Below, in pieces: positions 9,042-18,972 of a stretch of DNA of 64,000 nt. The translations under genes were made by a program, and so were the position numbers. Under the pieces are notes generated by a model. The model worked only from the letters and a program-made list of their open reading frames with translations. It did no database searches and had not been told where the DNA came from. Origin of the DNA: an uncultured delta proteobacterium (lineage in GTDB: Bacteria > Desulfobacterota > WTBG01 > CAIYCZ01). The stretch covers positions 1-64,000 of the forward strand of contig CAWDOY010000016.1 of the NCBI GenBank assembly GCA_963803975.1, in the 5' to 3' direction. Each line of letters starts with the position of its first letter. Within the stretch, counting starts at the first letter, position 1.

Positions 9042-9986
9042 ATGAAAAAAACATTTAAACCGGCAGACTTGAACAAAATAAGGACCGGCTCCCTAAAACA
9101 GAGAAAGAGCCTGGTGAAGAGAGACAAACTCGGCTCTCCCTGCACAGCTGTCCGCTTCCTTCCAGGGAATTTATTGACAGCCTCCCGGAAATCCTTGCGG
9201 CAAAAGATTTCCGGGAGATTGTGCAGCGGCTTGCCAGGGCCCGTCGGGGCAAGCGGGTCATTATCTGGGGCATGGGCGCGCATGTTATTAAAGTGGGCCT
9301 GTCAGCCTATCCTCATAGACCTTATGGAGCAGGGATTTATCACCTGCCTTGCCTTGAACGGTGCCGGAGTGATTCATGATGTGGAGATGGCCCTGATGGG
9401 CAGTACCTCGGAAGATGTGGCTGCCGAACTTGACAGCGGTGACTTCGGCATGTCCGGAGAGACTGCTTCGTTTATCAACGGTGCGGTCGCGCGGGGAGTG
9501 AAGGCCGGGTACGGCTTCGGGGAATCAGTCGGCCGGGCGCTTCTGGCGAGCAAATTTCCCTATGTAAAAGAGAGCATTATCGCGGCAGCCTGTTCCCGCA
9601 ATATCCCGGTGACCGTGCATGTGGCAATGGGAACCGACATCATTCACATGCACCCGTCCTGCGATGGAGCAGCGTTCGGGGAGGGAAGCCACCGGGACTT
9701 TAGATTGCTCACCGATGTGGTCGGCAGCCTTCAGGGCGGCGCATATCTGAACGTGGGCTCCTCGGTCATCCTGCCGGAAGTTTTTTTGAAGGCATTGAAT
9801 GTGGCGCGAAACCTCGGCAATACGGTGAACAACTTTACCACGGTGACCATGGATTTTATCCGGCACTACCGGCCCATGACCAATGTCGTGCAGCGGCCGG
9901 TTATGAAAGGCGGAAAAGGTTTTGTGCTGGTCGGTCATCACGAAATTATGGTGCCGCTGCTGGCCGCGGCCCTGAAGCAGGGATAA
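9042..9986 (+). CDS. Conserved hypothetical protein, possibly deoxyhypusine-synthase-like fold (two compensating indels, about 9150-9300)
   Basis: The alternative frame gives IIWGMGAHVIKVG, which joins NGAGVIHD, TSEDV, GTDIIH, GSSVILPEVFLKA and GHHEIM. Confidence 0.7.
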   Translation: MKKTFKPADLNKIRTGSLKQRKSLVKRDKLGSPCTAVRFLPGNLLTASRKSLRQKISGRLCSGLPGPVGASGSLSGAWARMLLKWACQPILIDLMEQGFITCLALNGAGVIHDVEMALMGSTSEDVAAELDSGDFGMSGETASFINGAVARGVKAGYGFGESVGRALLASKFPYVKESIIAAACSRNIPVTVHVAMGTDIIHMHPSCDGAAFGEGSHRDFRLLTDVVGSLQGGAYLNVGSSVILPEVFLKALNVARNLGNTVNNFTTVTMDFIRHYRPMTNVVQRPVMKGGKGFVLVGHHEIMVPLLAAALKQG

Positions 9987-9989
9987 GCG

Positions 9990-10371
9990 ATGGAACGAAC
10001 CATTAAAATAACTGCCGGAACTGTTGAAGTATTCGCGGCGCTTGCCGCGTGCGCCACGGCTGATGCCATCTGGAACGCGCTGCCGCTCAAGAGCACGGCG
10101 CAGACCTGGGGAGATGAAATCTATTTTGACGTCCCGGTGCACGCGGGCCTTGATGACACGGCGCGGGAGGTGGTGGATAAGGGCGATCTCGGCTACTGGC
10201 CGAGCGGCCCTGCCTTCTGTATATTTTTCGGCCCCACGCCCATGAGCACGGGGTGAGGAAATCCGGCCCGCGAGCGCGGTCAATGTGTTCGGTAAAGTTG
10301 CCGGTGACCTGTCAGTTCTGAAAAAAGTCCGTTCCGGAAGCGCCATCGTCGTGGAAAAGGCCGGCGCATGA
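9990..10371 (+). CDS. Cyclophilin-like fold protein (frameshift near 10253)
   Basis: TWGDEIYF, GDLGYWP, AFCIFFGPTP, then EEIRPASAVNVFG in the next frame. Confidence 0.8.
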
Positions 10372-10830
10372 GCAATGCGGGCAGGCGGCTGATTCTTTTC
10401 TGCGCGACCGGCTGCGGCAGCGGCTACGTGCCGGTCGCACCGGGCACGGCGGGAACTGCTGTCGCAGTGGTTCTTTTTTTTATACTCTCACCGCTTTCTC
10501 TATCCCTTTACCTGCTGACCACTGTAGCCTTCATCTTCATCGCCATCTGGAACGCTCATCAAGCTGCGCTTTATTTAGCAGGTGAAGGATCCTCCGCAGG
10601 TTGTCATAGATGAAATTGCCGGATATCTCGTGACCATGGCCTCGTTTCCTTTCACCTGGCCGTATGTTGCCGCAGGTTTTATTATATTCCGGGTTTTTGA
10701 CATTATAAAACCGTATCCCGCCGGATGGATTGACCGGAAGGTAGCGGGCGGGTACGGCATTGTGCTCGATGATGTCGCGGCAGGGATATATGCGAACATC
10801 GTATTACAGATTATCCGCCTGATGATGTAG
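10368..10830 (+). CDS. pgpA: Phosphatidylglycerophosphatase A (frameshift near 10580)
   Basis: GSGYVPVAPGTAGT, KDPPQVVIDEIAG, FRVFDIIKPYP, LDDVAAG. Confidence 0.92.
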
Positions 10831-11034
10831 AACAATAGGCAATAGGCAACAGGCATAGAAATCAGGCACATAGGCAGAAAGTGCTACAGAGGTACGAGGC
10901 TGCAGCGTAAATTCGAAAGTGAGTTCAAGCTGAAACGTGGAAGGTGAAAAGTGAAATGGCAAATCAAACTCGAGCTGCGAACTACATTTCTAGTGCCCTG
11001 AGGCTGATAGTTTTTAAACATGGAGAACCCGCAG

Positions 11035-12277
11035 ATGTCGGTTGAAATCATCACCATCGGCAATGAGCTGCTCTCCGGCTCTACCATTGACACCAACGCT
11101 CGCTTATATCGCCGCAAGCGTTATTGAGATAGGGCTTACTGTGTCGCGCATGAGCTCGGTGGGCGATGCGCCGGAGGATATAATAAACGCCCTGAAGAGC
11201 ATCCTGCCGGGAACAAAGTATATCATAGTCACCGGCGGCCTCGGCCCCACTGACGATGACCGGACGGCCGCGGCTGCGGCCAGCGCGTTCGGAAGAACTG
11301 TCGAGCTTAATCAGGAGGCGCTCGCCGCCATTGAGAAAAGATTTGCGGGCTACGCGGCGAAGATGCCGTTTCCCAACCAGCGCCAGGCAATGCTTCCAAG
11401 CGGAGTGAAGATTATCCCCAACCCGCGGGGAACAGCGAGCGGCTTTATTATCGAAGACGCGGGCCGGGAGTTCATGTTTATGCCCGGCGTGCCTGCTGAA
11501 GTTGAGGCCATGACCGAGTCATTCATCATCCCGCGCCTGAAAGAGCAGAGCGGCTTCAAACAGGTAATACTCAGCAGGACCATGCGCGTGTTCGGGCTCT
11601 GGGAGTCTGCCGTCCAGGAGCGGCTTGACGGGCAGATACAGGAAGGCCCCGGTCTCTCTCTTGCCTATCTGCCCCATTTCCCGGAAGTGCGGCTGAAGAT
11701 TACCGGCATGGGTGCAGACCCGGAGAAGGTGCGGCAGGAGATAGCGCGGGCAGCGGCAGTCATACAGGAAAAGGTCGGCGAGTATATTTATTCGGTGAAC
11801 GATGAGCCGCTTGAGCTGGTGGCGGGACAGCTGCTGAAAGAGAAAAAGGCGACCGTTGCCATAGCCGAGTCATGCACCGGCGGCCTCATCAGCCACCGCC
11901 TGACCAATATTTCCGGAAGCTCTGATTATCTGCAGATGGGCGTGGTGGTGTACAGCAACCGCGCAAAAGTTGAGCTGCTTAAAATACCGCAGGCAGTGCT
12001 TGATGAGCACGGTGCGGTGAGCGAGCCGTGCGCCCGGCTCATGGCAAAGAATGTGCGGGAGCTTGCAGGTTCAACCTATGGCCTCGCGGTGACGGGCATT
12101 GCCGGCCCCACCGGGGGAAGCGCTGAGAAGCCGGTGGGCACGGTCTTTATCGGCGTGGCATCTGCTGAGGCAGAGAGCGTGACGCAGCACCGCTTTTACG
12201 GCGGCCGCGAGCAGATAAAGCTCATGAGCTCCCACATGGCGCTTAACAACCTGCGTAAGTTTATTTTGCAGCAGTAA
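11035..12277 (+). CDS. cinA: CinA family protein (molybdopterin-binding-like plus PncC NMN deamidase; frameshift near 11100)
   Basis: IITIGNELLSG...DTN, TGGLGPTDDD, PGVP, AESCTGG, GAVS, TGIAGPTGG. Confidence 0.93.
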
Positions 12278-12321
12278 TTCATGATCGTGACCCGTGCCAC
12301 GTGACCTGTGACCCGTGAACG

Positions 12322-12368
12322 GTCATTGCGAGGAGCCCTGAGCGAGCGAATGGGCGACGCGGCAATCT
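12322..12368. repeat. Dispersed palindromic REP-like element
   Basis: GTCATTGCGAGGAGC...GCGACGCGGCAATCT, flanked by heptamer-like GTGACCC repeats. Confidence 0.55.
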
Positions 12369-12415
12369 TACCATACAGCCTCTGTGCCGTCTATTGTCTG
12401 TCCTCTGCCTGTCGG

Positions 12416-12466
12416 TGGAAAAAGAGTTGCTGGGATAAATAGTTGATAGTTGAGGTTTGACCTCAT
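12416..12466 (+). repeat. 51-bp direct repeat, copy 1 (copy 2 at 15939-15989)
   Basis: TGGAAAAAGAGTTGCtGGGATAAATAGTTGATAGTTGaGGTTTGACCtCAT; 3 mismatches to copy 2. Confidence 0.9.
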
Positions 12467-12476
12467 GCACCCTGTA

Positions 12477-15011
12477 TCAGCCATCCTGGAAAACAAACTT
12501 GATTCCCAGTTTTTCAAACATTTTATGTTGGCTGAGATCCTGTTTCAGCCTGAGAATGGTCACTTTCAGTTCGAAACTTGCCGCTGTGTTGATTGCATCC
12601 AATAAAGATTCAATTCTATGCATCATGGCGGGTGTAATATGCATTTCTTTAGTTTCAATCGATGATTTAATGTGAGGGAATATGCTGCTGAGAACTTCTC
12701 TGGCTTGAGATGTTATGTCAGGGTTCTTAAGCAGAATCGAGGTCAGTTCCAGCGAGTGCCTATAAAATAGCCGCACATATCCTCTTCCCGCATGGCTCTT
12801 GAGTAAAATCGTATCCCTGAAATCCCTCAGCTCATCAATCCTTTCTGGTTGATCATCTGAAAGCAAAACTATTGGGCATTGTTTTGCAGTCGTTGTCGTT
12901 GATGAAGATGCTGCCGTTGTAGTAACTTTTACACTGGTTGTTGTGGAACTGCTCACCAGCATGGTCGAGGTAGTTACCGGTGGTGGTGTTGAAGATGTAG
13001 AGGGCTGGGATAGTGAGCTGGTTGTGGTTTTTTTAGACCCACCTCCTCCATGTCCTCCGCTTGAAGGTATGGTGGTGGTTGCCGGCAGGATACTGGTTGT
13101 GTTTATTAAACTTGAAGTGGTACTTGCCTGGCTTGATGTTGTGCTGAACTCGCTGGTCGTTGTTGTGCCGGGCTGACTCGTAGTGGTCGGTTGAATTGAG
13201 GTAGTAGCTGCCGCGCTTGTTGTAGTAGTAGTAAGTTGAATGCTCGTTGTAATCGGCTGAGCAGTTGTAGTGCTAGTGCTCAGCTGGATAGTTGTGGTAC
13301 TCGGCTGACTGGTTGTGGTGCTTGATGAAGATGTTGAAGTGCCTGGTTGGCTCGTGGTGGTAGCGGGCAGAGTGGTCGTTACTGGCGTCCCGTCAGTCGA
13401 CAGCGTGGCGGTCATAATCGATCCGGAACTGCTTATATCGGTAATGCTGACATTGCTTGCGCCTTCATTCCACAAGTTACTGTTAGGTGAAGAATTATTG
13501 GTGAAGGAGGTGTTATTGGTGCTGCCCGGATACGGATCCCCCTGGTTACCTCTGTTTTTTTTCTTCTCTAAATCCCAGAGGTTATCAGCCTGCATAAGGG
13601 ATAGATGGTAATGATTTACCGCACAATCCGGCCCGCCTGGATAGCATTCATTCCTGTTTGAAGAAACACTCTCATCGATATGCCATACGAGGAGCCCGGC
13701 GCCGGGTAAGCCGGTATCAAAGCCGCTCTTCTGCCTGTTTTCTACTAAAAAGTACTCTCCGCCACTTGATGGACTGCCAGGTAACAGTTGATACACATCA
13801 GCATTGGTAGCGGCCGCGCTTATCGGTTCATTGGTTAAGGTGCCCGATACGATTGCGGGCGTAATCCAGCCAAGTGCATATTTGCACCAGGCATCCATAT
13901 GTGCTGGACGATCTCCCGGCCTTGAGACAGAGTTCCAGGCTCCTCCTGCCATGATACTCCAGTTGCCAATACCTTCAGATGAATAATCCGTATCATAGAA
14001 ATCGGGTAGTCCAAGGGCATGCCCGTACTCGTGCGCAAACACACCAATAGTTTGCATACCTCCCGAGAGTGATTCAGGCTGGATGATATATTTATTTACC
14101 TTTATATAGCCTCCCTGGGGATGTGGGTCGTTTGTCGTATATTCTCCCCCATCACTATATCCGTAGTAATAGGCACCATTGAGGCTCCAGCTATGCGACC
14201 AGATATCTGTTGATGTGCCTCCTGCTTCCGCGCCTGATCCCTGGTGAACAATTGCCACCACATCAACATAGCCGTCTCCATCCTGATCATAGGGGGCAAA
14301 ATTGAATCCTGCCGCATCGGCAGCCATGACCGCCTCTCGCACCAGGGTGCCCGGCCATCGGTCATGCACCGCTGGCGTCATTTTGCCCGTAGTAGTCATG
14401 ATTATTTGCTGCTGTGTACCATCCCGCTACTCCGCCCGGGCCTGCAGTGACGGTGAACGACCCGTACGACACCTCAGTGAAGTATTCTTGCAGGCTGTAA
14501 TTGCCGCTGCCGAACAGCAGCGTATTGAAATCTGTCCCGGTAAAAGTGGCTGACCGGTCTTTGAAGTTTATGAGGATGACAGGGATATTCGCTGTCCCTG
14601 ATAATGGAATCTGCTCTTGAGCAAGTTCGGGTGATAGCTCAGCCGGAAATGCATTTTGCGCAATCAAGGACCGCAGCTCTTTTTCTGGCAGGAGATGTTT
14701 GGAAATGTTAGGCGGAAGCTGGTCAATGCCTACTCTATTGAACGAACTTACCAGTCTGCCGCTCCAATCAAGTTCAGCATATGTCCAGGTCTTTACATGC
14801 TCATCGAAGACAATGGAATAACCCTCTGCTGTCTCCCATCCGTGTGAGACCACTCATCACCCCACTGCCGTGCACGAAAGGCTGTGCCATCCGGCTGGGT
14901 TAAGGTGCGAAAAGCAGGTGCTGCAGGCACGGCATGCAACTCATGAGAGAAAGTCAACATGATGATAGTGAGCAGCACAATATAAATTAGATAACTTGTT
15001 CTGTTGAACAT
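12477..15011 (-). CDS. Secreted M6-family (immune inhibitor A-like) metalloprotease with Thr/Ser-rich linker and CFI-box-like C-terminal domain (indels near 14846 and 14367)
   Basis: Signal peptide, QPDG...GDE propeptide, YFTEVSYG, IWSH, HEYGHALGLPDFYD (about 14019-14033), YFLVENRQ, GLLVWHIDE, a T/S run, and CP...LRDFRD...GRGYVRLFY. Confidence 0.9.
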
Positions 15012-15021
15012 AAAGCCTTTT

Positions 15022-15519
15022 TTATTTTATTACGAGCACCACATCCTTTATCCACCACAAGCCGCCTCTTTCATCTCCCGCATATTCTATGACAGCCGTA
15101 ATCTTCCGCCCCGTAATGTCTTCGGGTTGTTTCTCCTTTGAATAAAGAATAATAGATTGTCTCTTTGGACCTTTGAGAAAATTTGAAAAGCTATTCACAG
15201 CTTCTACTTCTTCTACCGCAACTATCAGTCGGTATAGTGTTTGATCTGGCTCTATGCCTAACAGTTTAGAGGAAGTGATAGCGTACTCCACAACCGTTCC
15301 TCGTATGATCGTCTGATTAGGGGCTATTGGAACAGCATTGGCATATTTAAAAAATGCAGCCACTATGATTAGAAAAAATATACTACTCCCTAATGTCCTG
15401 ACAAAAAAGTTGCTTTCAGGGAAACGGGTAAAAACTAATGCAGGGGGGTTATTCTCTATCAATGTTCTGAAAATTCTCTCATTTTTCATAGGCTTGCATG
15501 GTCTCAATACTGAAATCAC
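15022..15519 (-). CDS. Hypothetical exported protein upstream of the protease
   Basis: Hydrophobic segment ending YANA and a C-terminal YAGDERGG; 10 nt from the protease start; start uncertain. Confidence 0.6.
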   Translation of the reverse strand: MISVLRPCKPMKNERIFRTLIENNPPALVFTRFPESNFFVRTLGSSIFFLIIVAAFFKYANAVPIAPNQTIIRGTVVEYAITSSKLLGIEPDQTLYRLIVAVEEVEAVNSFSNFLKGPKRQSIILYSKEKQPEDITGRKITAVIEYAGDERGGLWWIKDVVLVIK

Positions 15520-15620
15520 CGATGGCAGAGGGCATGCTATAAAAAAACAGAATCCCTGACGTTAATAAATTAAGCAAAAGCAATACCATTAATTATTAAA
15601 GCAACAAAGGTATCCCGTCA

Positions 15621-15867
15621 AAAACAGGGCTTGCTGTTTATTTTGCTGATCCCTATGCTGCCTGGCAACGAGGCACCAACGAAAATACGAATGGTTTGCT
15701 CAGAGGGTATTTCCCCAAAGGCACAGATTTTACTGCCGTTACAGAAAAACAAATTGCTTTAGTTGCCAATAAGCTCAATAATCGACCACGTAAATGCCTC
15801 GGCTATCGGGCTCCGCGCGAACTCTACCTTGAGGCTCGTACTGGTGCTCTTGCTACTTGAATTCACC
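15621..15867 (+). mobile_element. IS30-family transposase 3' remnant with terminal repeat
   Basis: Translates KTGLAVYFADPYAAWQRGTNENTNGLLRGYFPKGTDF...LNNRPRKCLGY...GALAT* and ends TTGAATTCACC. Not in the ORF track. Confidence 0.9.
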
Positions 15868-15938
15868 ATGGATAAACAGAAAGCGCCTTGAAGAAGCAAT
15901 GAAACAGCATAAAGGATTGCTGCAGCAGTTTGAGTCGT

Positions 15939-15989
15939 TGGAAAAAGAGTTGCAGGGATAAATAGTTGATAGTTGGGGTTTGACCCCAT
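15939..15989 (+). repeat. 51-bp direct repeat, copy 2
   Basis: TGGAAAAAGAGTTGCaGGGATAAATAGTTGATAGTTGgGGTTTGACCcCAT. Confidence 0.9.
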
Positions 15990-16256
15990 TGCATTGCCAA
16001 GCAGCTCCGGATTATTCCGGGCAAAAGGCTTCTGAAGGGGAACCATGCCATTATCACCCCATAGTTTTATATAAATAAGGGCAAGATAATAAGTTTATGA
16101 TCACTGATAGGCAACTCACTTTTTATAATTGATTACCCGTGGCATTGTTTATATGTTACTATACTTATCACCCCATGAGCAGTACCACTGGTTGGTATCA
16201 CGTGATAGCCACGCAATAGAGAGCCTGCTTCACATTCGAAAAGGAGCCATGTATAC

Positions 16257-16886
16257 ATGTACACCAGGCACAGCGCGATCCTGCAATGCAATAAATGCGA
16301 AAACATCTTTGAGCGAGAGCTCTGGACTGAAATCACCACCGGTGAAGACCATAATCTTGATAATAAAATTTTTAATGACGAGGTAAACTTTTTTCCCTGC
16401 GAAGCGTGCGGCAATGTCGGCTTTGCCCTGTACCCGGTAAAAATTACCGACAAAGAGTCCGGTGAAAAGGCTCTGGTGATGCCATTCATGGAACCCCTTG
16501 ATATGACAGAATATGAAGAAGTATCAGCCATGGGGTTTTCAGTTCTTGAGGTCACCGACAAAGAACCGTGCAGGGTTTTTTACAGCCTGGAAGATTTGAA
16601 GTGGCAGATTCACCGCTGGCAGGGTGGCGATGACACGGTTTTTGACCCTCCGCCGGAGGGGAAAAATATTGATGAAGGCCTGCAGCGCGGCATTATCAAT
16701 GAAGAAGAAGCAGCAATCTTAAGAAACGCAGACTGGGATGCAATTCTTACTGAAATGCTTGAGCAGGGCGTTGACAATGACGGGGAATATGCTTTCGGCG
16801 ATGAGCGGGATGAAGCCGTGGAACTGTATATGAAGCTTATGTCAGAATTGCATAATTCAAGAAAGGTTGTGCAATTAAGACTTTGA
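16257..16886 (+). CDS. CpXC-like zinc-ribbon protein with acidic C-terminal domain
   Basis: CNKC...NFFPCEACG spacing; AAGGAG RBS. Confidence 0.7.
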   Translation: MYTRHSAILQCNKCENIFERELWTEITTGEDHNLDNKIFNDEVNFFPCEACGNVGFALYPVKITDKESGEKALVMPFMEPLDMTEYEEVSAMGFSVLEVTDKEPCRVFYSLEDLKWQIHRWQGGDDTVFDPPPEGKNIDEGLQRGIINEEEAAILRNADWDAILTEMLEQGVDNDGEYAFGDERDEAVELYMKLMSELHNSRKVVQLRL

Positions 16887-16953
16887 GCAGGATTATTGAT
16901 AGAGTCGATTCGATAACAACGGTTATTGGCATACGGAGGAGGGATCTGTTATT

Positions 16954-17757
16954 GTGGCACTTTATTTTAAGACACTGCGCTCGAGCAGCAGCGGCAACTG
17001 TCTTGTGTTGTGGTCAGGGCAAACCTCTATTTTAATAGATTGCGGATTGAATTCGCAGAAACTCTGCCGAGCCCTTCTTTCTCAGCACGCCGGAGAAATA
17101 GGGAGCATCAGCGCGGTGCTTGTTTCGCATCTGCACCAGGACCATATAAATTATTCAACCCTGCGTGTTCTGGAAGAGCACGGAATTTCCGTCCGCATAC
17201 ACGAAGGGCTTGTTAATCAATTCCAGGACAAATTCTTTCAGGATGACCGCTTCGAAAATCTTAACCTGAAGCCTTTTTCCAGCATTGCCTTCAATTTAGG
17301 CGAATTCACCGTTAAGCCGGTAAAAATCCCCCACAGCCCGCAGCACGATAATTATGGTTTTGTGATTCAGTATATACATCGGGGGCGCTTGCTCAAGATT
17401 GTTATTATGACGGATTTCCATAATTGGGATGGCCTGCTTGACCATTTTATTGATGCAGACTTTATCTATGTGGAAGCAAACCATAATCCGGGGCTGCTGA
17501 GAAAACATCCCAATCCCAACAGTCACTATCACATGAAAAACGAAAACGTTGCAGACCTGCTCTGTAATGCGCGCCAGCTGAGCAAGTGCCCGCCGGCCGC
17601 GGTTATGCTCGGCCACCTCAGCAAAGAGCGCAATACCCGGGAGCTGGCCATAGAGGCAATAAACCAAGCGTTCAGTAATAATAATATAAAGCGGGATTTT
17701 GAGCTCTATGTGGCTCCGGCTGATTGCGTTTCTCCGACAATCAGGCTGGCAGGATAA
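16954..17757 (+). CDS. MBL-fold metallo-hydrolase (YycJ/WalJ-like)
   Basis: SSSSGNC, LIDCG, SHLHQDH, EANHN, LGHLSKERN. Confidence 0.88.
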   Translation: MALYFKTLRSSSSGNCLVLWSGQTSILIDCGLNSQKLCRALLSQHAGEIGSISAVLVSHLHQDHINYSTLRVLEEHGISVRIHEGLVNQFQDKFFQDDRFENLNLKPFSSIAFNLGEFTVKPVKIPHSPQHDNYGFVIQYIHRGRLLKIVIMTDFHNWDGLLDHFIDADFIYVEANHNPGLLRKHPNPNSHYHMKNENVADLLCNARQLSKCPPAAVMLGHLSKERNTRELAIEAINQAFSNNNIKRDFELYVAPADCVSPTIRLAG

Positions 17758-17766
17758 GGATACCTG

Positions 17767-18345
17767 TTATAAGCCCAGCTCGTCGCTCACCGTGCACATG
17801 GCCGCAAGGCTTAATGCCGCAAATTCTTCCAGAGGAATGCCGATCTTTTCACACTCCCGTATGTAATCGCGGTTGACGCTGCGGGCAAACTCCTGCTGCT
17901 TCATCCGCTTGATGATTGACTGCGGCTTAACGCTGGCAAGCTTCTTGTCAGGATAGACCAGGGCGGTGGCTACAATGAGGCCGGTGATACATTCGGCAGC
18001 AGTGAGCGCATGTTCAAAGGCGGTCTTTCGCTGGAACCCGAGGTTGTCAGCGTTGTGGCCTTTGATGGCATCAATAACTTCCCGGCTGACACCGATGCCC
18101 TGCAGGATTTTTTCCGTTTGCAGGGTGTGCTGCGCCATCTGGTCTTTAGTCTCAGTATAATCAAGGTCATGAAGCAGTCCGGCGATTCCCCACACCGCCT
18201 CATCGCAGCCCAGCTTTCCGGCCAGCACCCGCATGATCGCCTCAGTCGCCAGACAGTGTTTTACCAGGTTATCCTGCGGCAGATATTTCTTTATCAACTC
18301 AAGAGCCTGCTGTCTGGTGATGCCGGTGCTTCCTTGTTCATCCAT
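17767..18345 (-). CDS. HD/HDIG domain hydrolase
   Basis: KHCLATEAIM, GLLHDLD, TGLIVATALV, FARSVNR. Confidence 0.9.
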   Translation of the reverse strand: MDEQGSTGITRQQALELIKKYLPQDNLVKHCLATEAIMRVLAGKLGCDEAVWGIAGLLHDLDYTETKDQMAQHTLQTEKILQGIGVSREVIDAIKGHNADNLGFQRKTAFEHALTAAECITGLIVATALVYPDKKLASVKPQSIIKRMKQQEFARSVNRDYIRECEKIGIPLEEFAALSLAAMCTVSDELGL

Positions 18346-18408
18346 GAGGTGACCTGATAAACTGTTAGTGGATATTCGTGTTCATTGGTGGCTTGGAAAA
18401 TAAAAAAT

Positions 18409-18794
18409 GCTGGAGCAGCCCGTAAGCCGAGTTCTGTTCCTGAATCCGCTGAGGAATCAGGCAATGGCCATTCATCTGGGACGCCTGTTGCCAGACGCCT
18501 CAAGCAACCTACCCGGAAGCATCAGGCGGGCCGCCCTCAAACGCTTCCCTATTTGGTCTTGCACCGGGTGGGGTTTGCCAAGCTCCCGATGTCGCCACCG
18601 GGACTGGTGAGCTCTTACCTCGCCGTTTCACCCTTACCCTGAAAAGTTTTTTTCAACTTTCCAGGGCGGTCTGCTTTCTGTTGCACTTTCCCTGGGGTCG
18701 CCCCCGGTCGCTGTTAGCGACCACCCTGCCCTGTGGTGCCCGGACTTTCCTCCGGGGAACGATGTCCCCCGGCGGCCATTTAGTCTGCTCCAGC
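18409..18794 (-). ncRNA. rnpB: RNase P RNA (type A)
   Basis: Minus strand has GAGGAAAGTCCGGGC...AGTGCAACAGAAAG...ACAGAACTCGGCTTAC, and the GCTGGAGCAG/CTGCTCCAGC ends pair as P1. Confidence 0.97.
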
Positions 18795-18972
18795 AAAATG
18801 AATTGACTCAATACTACTATTCTCTTCTCATATTTTTCAGGTAAAGTCAAAATCCCGAAAAAAACTAATTACGTCAATGAGCTATTTTTTATATTGAATA
18901 GCGAGCTGTATAAATGATATGTATATAGATATAAGATACTATCAAGCGGGTAACGGTTAAAGGTCTACTGCA

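Noticed and set aside
12890..13390. Repetitive GTTGT/GTAGT tract as a CRISPR or DNA-level repeat array
   Set aside because: It encodes the Thr/Ser linker of the protease and has no constant repeat-spacer structure. No CRISPR array was seen anywhere in the window.
18294..18850. Short ORFs overlapping this region
   Set aside because: The region is explained by RNase P RNA.
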